A stretch of DNA of 50,685 nt, the filler included, from Bipalium vagum (lineage: Eukaryota), in NCBI GenBank assembly GCA_037834085.1. It is 3 parts of 3 records of this genome, joined end to end, with 100 filler letters (N's around TTAATTAATTAA, not from the genome) between each part and the next. Parts side by side here need not be neighbours in the genome. Positions count along the whole stretch, not along the records: positions 34,796 to 50,685 come from JBBMKC010139920.1; 2 more parts are not named here. One strand, 5' to 3'. A model generated the notes under the pieces. That model did no database searches, was not told the DNA's origin, and worked only from the letters and a program-made list of their open reading frames with translations. The translations under genes were made by a program, and so were the position numbers. Positions 38,708 to 50,685 of this stretch are shown here, one piece after another. Position 1 is the stretch's first letter, and every line of letters starts with the position of its first letter.

Positions 38708-39809
38708 CTGAAAAAATTAATATTAGATTTTTTTGATAAACTGACTATTTATTATTAACATTAAAAACTACCAAACCTTTAATGACAATTTACAGTGTTC
38801 TCGGTAATAAAACTGCCAATAAAGTAGTTGAACAAAAAATTAGTGTAAAGTGGAAGCATAAAGTTTTCATGAAATTTTGATTTCGACATAAAGTTAAGTT
38901 TCTGTGAAAATTTTAGAAAAGTAGCGAAACAAGGTTGTTCACAAAATAGTTGATTATATGAGAGTACACAATATTAAAAAGAATTAATATAATATTATAT
39001 ATCATAAGAGTATTAGATAACTTTTTGGTGGATAACACATGTAAATGACTAAACAAAGCCGTCACCCTCTATCAACTTAAAAAATCACAGATATTTAAAA
39101 TTGCTGTAGATTGATAATCTTTTTTTATTACTTACACACTACTTTCATATTTAATCAATATAAAATCATTAAGTTTATTCTAATTTAATCCCATGTCTTG
39201 ATTTTATAAAATTTTTAATCTCTAAGAAATGACTACGAATTTCATTGTAATACTTCTGATAAATACTGGGCGCATCAACAATTTGAGAACAAAGATTGAT
39301 TTTAACTTTAAATTATACAATAACTAATTTAATTTTTAACCAAAGAAAGTCGGATTATTCCTGATGGTGGCAAATGAAAAACTGAAATTGAAACAAATTA
39401 TTATTTTGTTATTATTATTAATGAAGTAATTATTAAATTATTAAATTACTTCAGCACAAATTCTTTCATTAAAGCTAATTGATAACACATTATTTATTTT
39501 TTCTACCCAGTACCACGAGAAAATTAATTATTTATGGTAAGTTCAAGAAAAATTCAATTATCAAATAATATGATTAACGGTTATTCAGGGTTAAGGTTAA
39601 ATTAGAGTTCTATCTGAACAGTAAAACTCAAAATAATTTTTGTCAATTATTCAGCCCCCTTTCAACCTAATATAAATATTAGTTTTTAAAGGCAGTCTGG
39701 AAAAATGACACTACACTTATGATAACACATGAAGTAAATAGCACTAATTAAATTGAATGGGTATCAGACTAAAATATTTATAGGTTTTTCGAAAAATACT
39801 TGGCTTCTG

Positions 39810-39967
39810 NNNNNNNNNNNNNNNNNNNNNNNNNNNNNNNNNNNNNNNNNNNNNNNNNNNNNNNNNNNNNNNNNNNNNNNNNNNNNNNNNNNNNNNNNNN
39901 NNNNNNNNNNNNNNNNNNNNNNNNNNNNNNNNNNNNNNNNNNNNNNNNNNNNNNNNNNNNNNNNNNN
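39810..39967. other. Sized assembly gap (158 N) inside a VGLUT intron
   Basis: Plain N run; the flanking exons are colinear and in phase. Confidence 0.95.
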
Positions 39968-39996
39968 AATTCCAATTTATTCTATTTAAGACTTAC

Positions 39997-40146
39997 ATCC
40001 GTCAAACTGATTGTAAGTAGGTCGTGCAAATATTTAGGAGTCTTGATAATAAGCAGATAAAAGGACCAGCTTCTGGCAAAGTTTGCAACGATTATCGCAT
40101 AAACTGGCATTGATGTGAAGATGTTTCTCCACGGTATTGGAATTTT
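39997..40146 (-). CDS. VGLUT: VGLUT internal exon
   Basis: [50 protein letters not shown]; 150 nt, CAG acceptor, GTAAGT donor. Confidence 0.96.
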
Positions 40147-42128
40147 CTGAACAATGAAAGAAATATTAAAAAATATTTTATCAAAATATTTGAAGATAAA
40201 ACGTTCATGAAATAACATGGTCGACCAAGTTTTTTATCTTGCACCTGATTTATCATAAGTAAAAATTGGTTTCTTTTTTTGAATAATCAACTCAAAAACG
40301 GTATAGAAATGAAAAATATTATTGAAAAAAGAAATTAAGGAAAGGAAAAAATAAAAAATTTAAATAGAAAAATGGTGCACGGAGTAATTACTTCAACCTC
40401 GGCTAATGTTTTTGGAAGTGAAAGGTACGACCACGAGCTTTCGTACAATAACAAGTGAAAATAGGAATCAGTGAGATTGACAGAAACAAGGGGCAGCAAT
40501 ATTGAGAGTCTTTATAACAGGTATTAAAGCCAAACAATGGTTGAAATTAACCATTTATCAAGAGACTGAAAGACTTAACAGAACTTTTAGGCAGCGTATT
40601 TTCCTGAAAAATTAATATTTAAGCTGCTATTTTTTCTGCCATTTCTCAGACGGAGAGTCTAAAAATTATATTATTATTTTATTTTATTTCCTCCAAATGA
40701 CTGTGGAACGGATAATAAATGAAAAATAATTATAGAGGTCCAAGCGAAAGGTGAAAGGAATCAAGTATAATACTTATTCGAATTTACCTTTTTAAAAATG
40801 AGACTATTCTAAAGAATTTAGTAATTAAATATAAACAAAAGAGATGCCTAGTGGAAGAATTCTGGAGCAGTAAAATTGACCTTTTTTGTTCTTTTTTATT
40901 TTTTGGCTTTTCTGTTTAGGATTGGGAGAACCGATTTTATTCAAAGACCATCCAGTTAAGAAAGGATATTATGGTTTCTATTATGGTTTCAAGTTAATTT
41001 ATAAAGGTATATTTTTGGTGTTGAGTTGATCAATCAAAATTCTATATTTCATAAAAGCATTAATAGCAAAAATATCCAATTATTTAGAAATTATTCTAAA
41101 CAATTCATTGTTTAAGTAATTAAATATAAATAAATAAAGATGCGTTTTTAGTGTAAGTACTAAGAATTCTGGGTCAGAAACTTTCATTTTTGGTTCCTTT
41201 AAATAATTAAAATTAGAATTTAAAAGTTGTAATAGCAAAATAGTAATAATAGTTGTAGATAACCATTGGTATTTTCTATTTGGATTGTGGAGAATCTCAA
41301 AGCGGTCCAAAAATGCAAAATAACAATTTAACTCTTATCTTGTGTATCAATGAGCAATTTTATTATTATTTGAGGAATTAGAAAAAATTTGTTATTTTAA
41401 TTAGTGATATTTAGTTTTTACTTTTTATTGTTAATGTGAAAGAATCCTTCCCCGGAAAACAATGAAAAAGAAATTAAATAAAAATTAAATGGAATAAAAT
41501 ATAAATAAATAAAAAATAATAATTATTATTACTACTGTTGCTGTTATTATTATTGTTATATCAGCAATTATAACAAAAAATATATATCTAAAAACAAAAA
41601 TAAAGTAAAAAATAATTTAGTAAGTATAACTTACTAAAAATATATTTTATGTGAAAAAATATATAATAACATAGTAGCAAAAATATATAATAACATAGTA
41701 GCAAAAATATATATATTTAGGAAAGAAATATTATCAAAAAAATAATCAAAATAAAAAATGTATATATAAACATAAATTGAAAATAACAAATCGCACTTAC
41801 AATTACGAAAAAACATTAGCATAGACGAAATTCCTGCATAGAATTAACATTTAATCCAGAGAAATTCCAGAAGTAATAAGTCCACGAAAACAGATATAAA
41901 TACATCATTCACATTTCACAATTTCAGACACTACCGATTTATGCTATTAAGTAATACTTTTTATTTTTATTATCCTAAATATATATTTTATTTTTCAATT
42001 TAAAATCTTGTAGTTGGTAATTCTAAAGAATTATACAATTACTTTAAACTAAATAAAAATTCAACCCTCCAGTTGGTAATTTTAAATAACATTACACAAC
42101 TGTTTTAATTAACTGTCTCATAAATAAG

Positions 42129-42536
42129 TGTTAGGGTTTAGCCATAAAATCAAGTAACTGTTTTTGTTCTCTCCTTCACTTCCGTCGCAGATATTTTTTT
42201 TGTAGTTCACACACTAATTAGAGTGGTGAATTACCTATCTTTGGGGGCTTTTGAGACACTGATATTTTTATCAGTGCGAAAAGATATTCTTCCTTTAATT
42301 AAGCCTAAACTCGGGTAAAGTTTCTTACAAAGGATTGTTCAAACAGCAATCACTCTTGTTTTGTAAAATCACTTAACCATTTGTCATTTACTATCAATAA
42401 AGATTTGAAAACATTTCGTTTTCTTATTCGATTAAAAATCAAAGTCAGATCAGGCTTAAAAATAATCTTCTAACCGTTAAGCTCTTAGTTTTAGCTCCAC
42501 CTTTAAGAGACTTAACATTTGGTGAGCCAGACATGA
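42129..42536 (+). mobile_element. 5' LTR (~389 bp) with primer-binding site of a Gypsy-like element
   Basis: TGTTAGG (42129)...CTTAACA (42517), internal AATAAA, then TT and TGGTGAGCCAGACATGA, similar to a tRNA-Arg PBS. A similar start TGTTAGGGTTT..AGCCA..TCAAGT occurs at 36942. Confidence 0.7.
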
Positions 42537-44339
42537 TAATACGTTCGGAGCTTTTAAAATTCTAATAAATTAAAATCTTTAAAAACGGCAACTGAAAATA
42601 TTGAAATTTTTTTCCAATAATGTTGTAAAATTACTAAAATCTCATGTTTTACGATCACAATTTGAGCTAAGAATAGACTATTAAAACAATTTGATATAAA
42701 AATTTCACTATTATTATAATTTCACTATAATATATTTAGAGGATTAAGTGAATTTTAAAACAGTAATAAATTATTTCATATCTCTTCATTCACAAAAGAC
42801 GTTCCTTTTAAGTGGTAATAAAAATATTTTTATGGGAAAACAATAATATGAAGTAAAATTGAATTTCATTAAAGCAATAATTAAATAATTTTATTTTTTA
42901 ATTAAATGAAATCAATAAATTTTGGAAATAAAGAATTGAAAATCTGATAGTTTGGTAATTAGATTTGCTAAAAAGTTTCGATTGGAGGTAGAAAGATTAT
43001 GATCTGCAAATCGCTGATGTTCATAAATAGGTTAATAAATAGGCTAAGTTTTAACACTAACAATCTCTACTTCAGCTTATTTATTTTAATTCTAAACCAA
43101 TTAATACATGATAATGTATTTTAGAAAATATCTGAATAAAATTCTGTTTCAAAAATAAAATCCTTATCATATTTTGAAATCAAAGAGACCTTCGATTATT
43201 TCTATCACAAAGAACAGACATATATGGTTCAAGGTCTATAATAAATTGATCTCATAATAATAATAAGTGAAAATTATCAATTTAATTTCTGGAAACATTT
43301 TACATTTTAATATTGTACAGTACTGAAAATTTGTGTTTTAATAAATGGATCATGGAAATATTCGATTTATTATGAAGCGGCCCTTCACGATTAAACGAAT
43401 CATTGAATAAAAGGAATGTAACATTGTAATTATTTGTACGGGATAATCTTAACGAGTTTCTCGCGAAATTAATTATTTTTCTGAAGATTAGCAAGAAAAT
43501 AATCTTCAATGGTCGCATCACACTTAATACAATAGGAATTTTTATAATACTCTCTTGCTCCGATTCATTTATAACAATTAAAACGAATTTAATCGAGTCG
43601 CACATTTTATTTTATTAACAATTCAATTTCTTTATTATTATAATGAATGCAAATGAATACATATTATTAATATTCAAAATAATAATTATGATAATATTAT
43701 TAATTTATAAAATGACACATTCTTTCTTTTTAAATGAAAGTGTATTGATTAAAACAATTTTCATCTTGGTAAATTATAATATGAATTTTATCTAGTTAAA
43801 ATGTTATTCAAAACTCGTAAATAATAAATAAATATTATTTGTTTCGCAAAATACAGAAAAATATAAACGGAAAGTTAAAAGGAAATAAATATGACTCAAG
43901 TTAATTAAATATTAAATATTAACAAAGTTTACAGTAAAATTAGAAAGGGTCATCCTTAGACATCTTCATTGCAAAAACCTGTTTGGTATTCAGAAGACTA
44001 CATTCTACTTTTCCTATTAATGGAAATTATGTTTATTTGACACAGTGTTCGATATCTAAAAAAGATTCTCTCTTAAAACTTTCTAAGGAAATTCTGTTGC
44101 CATGGTTTAAAATTAAAGGAAATATTCAATTATAAATAATTGTTTAATAAAATGTTTGATTTGGAGATTAGATAAATATACTTGTGATAATACATACTTT
44201 GGCTCTAAGTCATAGTGGCATATTAATTTTTCAGGCTTATTTTTTCGCCTTAGTAATAAGGTTCTTATTATGTTTTATGAGTTGAATTATGGCACCGTAA
44301 ACATTGTAAATATTATTATATAAATACCAATATTTATCA

Positions 44340-44470
44340 TTCCTGTTGCTCAGCATCTCAAAATACCAACAATACTAAAACCGGTCAGAAATAATTTTTC
44401 AATATGATTCCAATCCAGTCCCATCATACTGAGAGCACAACCGTCTTGCTCCGAGGATCATGTACAAAAC
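44340..44470 (-). mobile_element. Mariner relic
   Basis: KTVVLSV*WDWIGII resembles KVMLSVWWD.KGII. Confidence 0.6.
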
Positions 44471-47400
44471 TTTAAGGGTTCTTACACATGAAACTTAAAC
44501 CTTATTTAGATTTTAAACAGAGACCACAATTCTTTTCACATTAAAGATTTCTAAATAATAACATTTTACTGATTTCTATAAAGCAGCTCAATAAAATTCT
44601 CATATTTTCATATCTTGTCTCGAAGAATCCAAAATGTCAATATTCCAACTTTGCCAAGGTTTTGAGAAGTCGTGCTAGAGAAGAATACATTCATTTCATC
44701 TAATTGTATTGTGGATCACTTTTACTCAAGGCATGGAAGCTAGAACGCAACATGTAATTATGTTTTTAATGGGAAGAATTAATTATTTAAAAATAATTAA
44801 TAATAAAATCAATATTAAAATTGATCTTATTATAATTATGTTAATGAAACAATTTGACCAATAAAATTATTGATAATTATGTATCAACCATGGTTGAAGT
44901 AATTCTATCAATCGTATATTAATAAAATTAATTAATTAATTAAAATGAAATCAAACTGAAATCGAATTAAACTGTAGTTCGAACAATTGTAAATATTTTC
45001 ATATGAAATAAAAATTAAAAGATTTGTCTTTAATTTTATAAAGCAAGCGATTAAATATCTCAATCTGCTTAAGAAATATTTAAGTTAACTTTCCGCGTGA
45101 TTTATGGGACACTCTGTTTACTGGTGTTAGGTGTTGTTTGAAATTGACTTTTTAAACTAGCTTTACTAATAGAAATGATTTATTTGACTGAACTAACTGG
45201 TGTTTTTATTAAAAGCTTTTTTCAAAAATACGTGTTGTAGATAAAAGGTCCTTAGACTCGTATAGAAATATAATTAAGAATTTCTTGAAATTTTCAAAAT
45301 AAATTAATTAATAGGTACGTATTAATTAATTAATTATTAATAATAAATTTAATTAATAATTGCTCAATAATTTAAATTGCTTTGCAAGATTTCCTATATT
45401 TTAATATTACCCCTTAACATACGATGTCTATAACTTAAATCAATTATAAACAAATTATGTGAAGATCAAACATTGAAGAATAGAACTAATGTCTCCATTT
45501 TAATCTCTAAATAGTGCTTCATAAAGTATGACATTATACGATTACAATCGTGTTTTATTGTAAAGAGAATATTATTAAAATAAATAAAATTCACTTTTTC
45601 CAGTCAAGGAAGTGTGAAGAATTGAAGAATTATGCTCAACCTATCACAAAAAGCTGATTTGTTTAATTATTTTGGATTTTTATGAGAAGCACATCTGATT
45701 TGCCTAATAAAACTTTAAAAAATTTGTCTTTAATATTTAACAAAAGTAAATTTTATTTTAAAATTATATTTTATTCAAATAATTTTTTGAGAAATAAGCC
45801 AAATAAATTCAAAGAACATAAAAATTACATTAGTCAAAATGTGGCACTGAATACTGTGATTCTTTTCAGCAGAAATAATTAATAATATTAATTTTTATTA
45901 AAATGATTTTATTTTTGTTGGGCAGAATAATTGTTATCCACTGTTGATTAAAACAAATTATTTTATATATAAACTACAATTAAAGAAATAATTTTAAAGA
46001 AAATTTTTATATTATTTAATATTTAAAATCGAAAGTTATTGTTTTTTACGAAGCAAGAAGTAGAACATATTTTTAAAAATATAATCCTAAAGATGTTTCC
46101 AAGAAAACAATCTCAAAGGATGAAAAAGGGAGTGTATTGCAAAATCAAAAATTTTGATAGAAAATGAGTGAGCTTGTTTGGAAGACCATTGTGAAAGGTG
46201 AATGAGTGAAAAATTATATCCTCATCATCTGGCGAGATTGGTAGGATATATTATATTGAATATGAATAAGGAATAGACCTTGAACTCTGAAATATTGTTT
46301 ACAAGTGCTCTCAGTCATTTTTTCTTGTTTCATCATTTAAAGAAGAATCTGCGAGATCAGAGAATTGAGTCTAAAGGATATCTCATACGAATAATTCAAG
46401 ATTTTATCAATGAAAATAGACTTTAGAAAATAATCTATTTTCTTTGATAAATAGATGGATGAAATGCCTGGGAACATGAAGTAGTGATTAAGTTGATTCA
46501 CATATGCATTTTACTTGTACTAAATACAAAGTTTCGTTTCAGTAGCGTTTTTATTTATGTGCAAGTCTAAGGACTTTTTATCCACACCACGTATTTGATA
46601 TTTATAAACATATGAAGCTTTTATAAACATCGTATTTTTCGACCTAGACTTATATGCATAAATATATAATAAATTTTATAAATAATATATTAAACGGGTT
46701 GTGTAGAAAGTAAATATCAAATTTGAACATGTAATATACATGTACTTATAAAGTATATATAATATATACTTTACATGACACTGTATATTTTTGATAAAAT
46801 AAAAATACATTTATTAAAAATTAATATTTTTCAGCAGGACATTCATTATTACAAATACAATGTTATGATTGACGATAAGAAGAGGTCAACATTTTTCTCC
46901 ATGTTTGGTAATATTTTGGTTCTCTTCTTCGATCTTGTATAAGATCTTTTAGCTTCTTTGGTTTTCTTTTATAAATCCTTGTCCTTAGATATTCCCAAAG
47001 AAAGAAACACATTCAGGAAGATCTGATAATCTCACGGCCAATTGAAATGGTCCTGCTCTTCCAATTCATATTCCGTAAAAATGTGCTGTTCAATAAAAAT
47101 TCTAACTTTACACGAGTAATAAATTTGGTTCTGATTTTTTTCTACAAAATACATTTACTGTTTTAAAACTGAATCCAATATCTTTAGCAGCATTTCGTAC
47201 AGATGTCATAGAACACTCTTCATAAATCTGAAAAATATTTTGTATCTAAATGTGATTATATTAACTTATTAAAACAAGTAAACACTTAAAAATTAATTTT
47301 TTGGATTGTCTTAAATTCTGATACATACTTATTATACACCATGTACTTATTTTTGTTAACAGAAAAAATTTCCTGTAAAATTTACAGAATACTTGTAATG

Positions 47401-48340
47401 ATTTACGGTTAAAATGCTCAATCAAAGGAAACGTACAAGGGATAGTTTGAACTATTAAGAATTGATGATTTCCCAAAGATAAAAGTAGGTCGAAGACAAA
47501 AAGCTGAAAGTATTGGTGGATGGAGATCCATTAAAAACTCAAAATAATCATTAACCATTTACCCATAGTCGATAAATCGACTTTTAGAACCCTCATGAAA
47601 AGTAATTACAAGAGAATAAATAAAAAAGGCAATCACTTCAAAGAAATAAGCCATCATTTATTTATTTTCAAATAGTATTATGACAAGTATTTGTGTATAT
47701 TAGTTTAGAAAGAAAGCGAACAAGAACATTACCATTATTAATAGAAAAAAGATGAATAAAGATCACACACATTACATGGGAAGAAGGATAAGATAATCGA
47801 AAATTTGTATTTTTCATATTATTTTTCTTTATACAATAAATAAATGGAGATTTTCAGTCGAAAGAAATTGAGCAATTTGTTTTGTATAAACGTATATTTT
47901 TCACTAAGTAAATCTTTTCTTTTTCAGAAGAGATGAAGTGAAATATTTTTTATATTTTTTGTACATTTTCAAAATGATTCAACGGATTCACCAATTTAGA
48001 TCTGCCCGACATTTTTTGGAGAATATTTCATAACATTTGTGCTCAGTAATCGCTTGGTAGAGAATTTTATTAACCTGATTGTGTATACCTTGAGAAAGGG
48101 TAACTCCGTAAAAATTTTTTAATAAAGAAGACCGTGTTCTGTTATTTAATATTTCATCTCTTTACAGTTTACGAAAGTCCTTAAATAATATTTTAAACTC
48201 ATCTTTATATCCTTCAATTACCTTAAAATATATTAGGACTTATTATTTTAATAAATTTAAGTAATTAAGTTATATTTAATAAAAAGAATATCATTAGGAC
48301 TATAAAAAGAAAACTCAAAATAGTATAGAAATTATCTCAC

Positions 48341-48474
48341 TGTATCTGAGCCCGACCCTTCTGTTAAAGTACCTTCAATATAGATCTTCTCATCATCAGT
48401 GACATATGGGTGCCTAGAAGGCTTTTCATAAATATTTGTGGACCATATTATAGTCCATAATAAACCAACGACTC
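48341..48474 (-). CDS. VGLUT: VGLUT internal exon, most 5' in the window; absent from the ORF track
   Basis: GVVGLLWTIIWSTNIYEKPSRHPYVTDDEKIYIEGTLTEGSGSDT (SLC17 W...W....Y..P..HP....E..YIE motif); TTTTAG acceptor, phase-0 GTGAGA donor joining the 40146 exon across an 8.2 kb intron. Confidence 0.92.
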
Positions 48475-48579
48475 CTAAAATAACAGATTTTTTATTTATG
48501 AAATTTAATTTTTTAAAACTGTTTATCTTTTGATTTATTAAAACGAAAAATTATGCTTGTTCTCATTTTCCTCAAGGGA

Positions 48580-49170
48580 AGAGCAGCATGGAGAATTCGC
48601 CTATTTTCCGAAGAAAAATATATTTTGTCGATGCTAAGGTTAAAAGACAAAATGAAAGATGGATCGTCAAACATGTCGAGGACGTGCCTGTAATTGATTG
48701 AACAAAAAACGAACTTCCTCACTGCACGTATTAATGGTAATTTCCAGTGAAAGTCATGTGATGCCTCCTTTTTTCTTTGACAAAGGCAAGAATGTAAACA
48801 TGGAGGTTTATCCTAGTGCCCTAAAGCAGATGATAAAGCTGTGGATCATTAAGGTAGCTGGGGGCAGGTTTACTCTTTTCAGCAAGACAGAGCTCCAGCT
48901 CACAACATGCATCGAATGCAACAGTGGTTGGTAAAGAATGTTGATATGTTCTGGTCCGAAGAGTTTTGGCTACTTAGCTCTCTGGACCTTAACCCACTTG
49001 ATTATTACCTGTTCTTGAGAGGGAGTCAACAAATACTCCCACATCATCATCTCCCATACCTTCATCAGTAGCGAAAATTCACGTTGATCACGTAATCAAA
49101 GCCTGTTTTCTGTTCAGATCTAGTTTGGAGGTCGTCATCAAAACAGAGGGAAGCCTAATTGAATGATATG
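48580..49170 (+). mobile_element. maT/DD37D-type transposase relic
   Basis: VISSESHVMPPFFF..VNMEVY, FQQDRAPAH, FWLLSSLDLNPLDYY (SPDLNPLDY motif); frameshifted. Confidence 0.8.
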
Positions 49171-49859
49171 AAATATGAGTTCGTATATATTCAAATTAAT
49201 AAAAGCATTTCATGATTACATTGATCATTTATTAAATTTAGATGGTTTTTGTTTTATTGAAAATTTTCCGGATATAAGTGTCGCACCATGTACAAACCTA
49301 TTTTTAAGTCTTAGATGCTTTTTAAACATGGTTTTCAAAACAGATTTCCATGAAATTGACTCAGCAGACCATTATGCAAAAGTAGTTTTTTACAAATCCC
49401 AAGTGAAAATGTCTTATATTCACTAGTTAGGTCATAGTTTTTAATCTCACGCATTTTGATGGAGAAATTTAAAATTTATTATATCCTAAGGATCCAGGTA
49501 GCGTAGAACAGCCATTTGACCATTAAGAGTATTTTTCTTAAGAATGTCTTTGAATTGGTTTCCGGTAAATAGTAATAAATACTTTTAATCACATTTTTAT
49601 CATTTAAAACCCATTTCTCATCTTCTGTTATCACATACTTATCACAATTATCACAAAATCATCTTCATTTAACGGAATAGAATCTCTATGACATTTTAAA
49701 ATTGCATTTGTATTAATTAAAATTTACTAAGTTTTTAGTATTTTTGCTAACTTAATTTTATTAAATGTCCATTAAGTTTTTTTGAGTGGTGTTCCACTGA
49801 TTTTATCCTTTATAAATTCTTGAAATTTGGCAAAAAATGTGAGGAAATCAAAGAAATGT

Positions 49860-50270
49860 ATCAAAAACTCAAGTGCATTTACCCATCGTAGAAAAGGCTC
49901 ATTGTTTCTCCATGATAATGCCAGACCACACAACGCGCAATCTACCGTACAAAAATTAAACCAGCATGATATTGAAATTCTGCATCACCCAGCCTACTCA
50001 CTAGACCTCTGGTTAATATTTCTTCAAACATTTAGACAAGTTCTTCACCGAGAAAACCTTTCCAATGATGATGCTGTTGTTAAAGCCTTTGAAAATTTTG
50101 TAAGATCAAGAACTCAAGATTTTTATCGAATCGGATAAAAATGCTTGTGACTCGTTGGGAGAAATGTGTACTGTGTAATGGTTTCTATTTTGATAAATAA
50201 AATTTAGTTTAAGTTGTGTTTTGTTCATTTGAAGTTCAATGTTCACCATTTATTTTCTTACAACCTAATA
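49860..50270 (+). mobile_element. Mariner 3' fragment with TIR
   Basis: LFLHDNARPH, HHPAYSLDL, RWEKCVLCNGFYFDK*, terminus TTATTTTCTTACAACCTAATA. Confidence 0.9.
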
Positions 50271-50685
50271 AATGGTGCTCATAAACGGCTATTTTTTACA
50301 TGATTGTCATTTTTCACATTAAAATAATAAAATTACATACCTATCGGATTTCCTCTTTATTTTGAATTTATTGAGAAATCTTAATTTTGATAAACACATG
50401 ATATTAATATATTTTTTTATTTATTTGATTTTACCAACAGATTTATTAAAATTGAGTTTTAATAACTTATGTTACTTATGATTCACATTAAGACAGTCTA
50501 TGTCGAAAAGTATTAACAAAAAGTACTTAATTTATAACTTCAACTTTTATTTTATTAAAGGTATTATTGATATTGTTCTAATTACCTTTCTCTTGTCCAA
50601 TAATCTCAGTTTTAAAAATGTATTAAATAAAATTTAATTATTTCAACTGGCTTTATAATTTACTGTTTCAATAATAATAATAATA

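Noticed and set aside
39753-40060. ORFs containing X runs
   Set aside because: They are open only because they cross the N gap.
40505-40535. ATAACA-GGTATTAAAGC as an LTR end plus tRNA-iMet PBS
   Set aside because: Several mismatches to TGGTATCAGAGC, and no matching LTR start or gag downstream.
41656-41712. Two tandem ~24 bp units as a CRISPR-like array
   Set aside because: Simple tandem duplication without spacers in a eukaryotic intron.

Overview
Very AT-rich eukaryotic (metazoan) nuclear DNA with GT-AG introns, including 44-45 nt mini-introns. The overall character is planarian/flatworm-like, but that is an inference. The window is not one continuous locus: two identical N44-TTAATTAATTAA-N44 spacers (17191-17290, 34696-34795) split it into three joined pieces, and there is a further 158-N gap. 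Recognisable host genes are a complete two-exon ATP synthase subunit DAPIT/ATP5MK gene missed by the ORF track (14993-15204, +), the first coding exon of a TULP4-like WD40 gene (-), three exons of junctophilin (+) and four internal exons of a VGLUT/SLC17 vesicular glutamate transporter (-). The rest is mostly decayed transposons: mariner, Tc1 DD34E with TIRs, rosa-type DD41D, maT DD37D, plant-type DD39D, pogo/Tigger, piggyBac, Ty3/Gypsy RNase H and LTRs. The most unusual object is a ~290 bp miniature LTR retroelement at 33162-33453 (LTR-PBS-short core-PPT-LTR) whose 115 bp palindromic LTR is essentially a tRNA-Ala(TGC) gene with Pol III A and B boxes.
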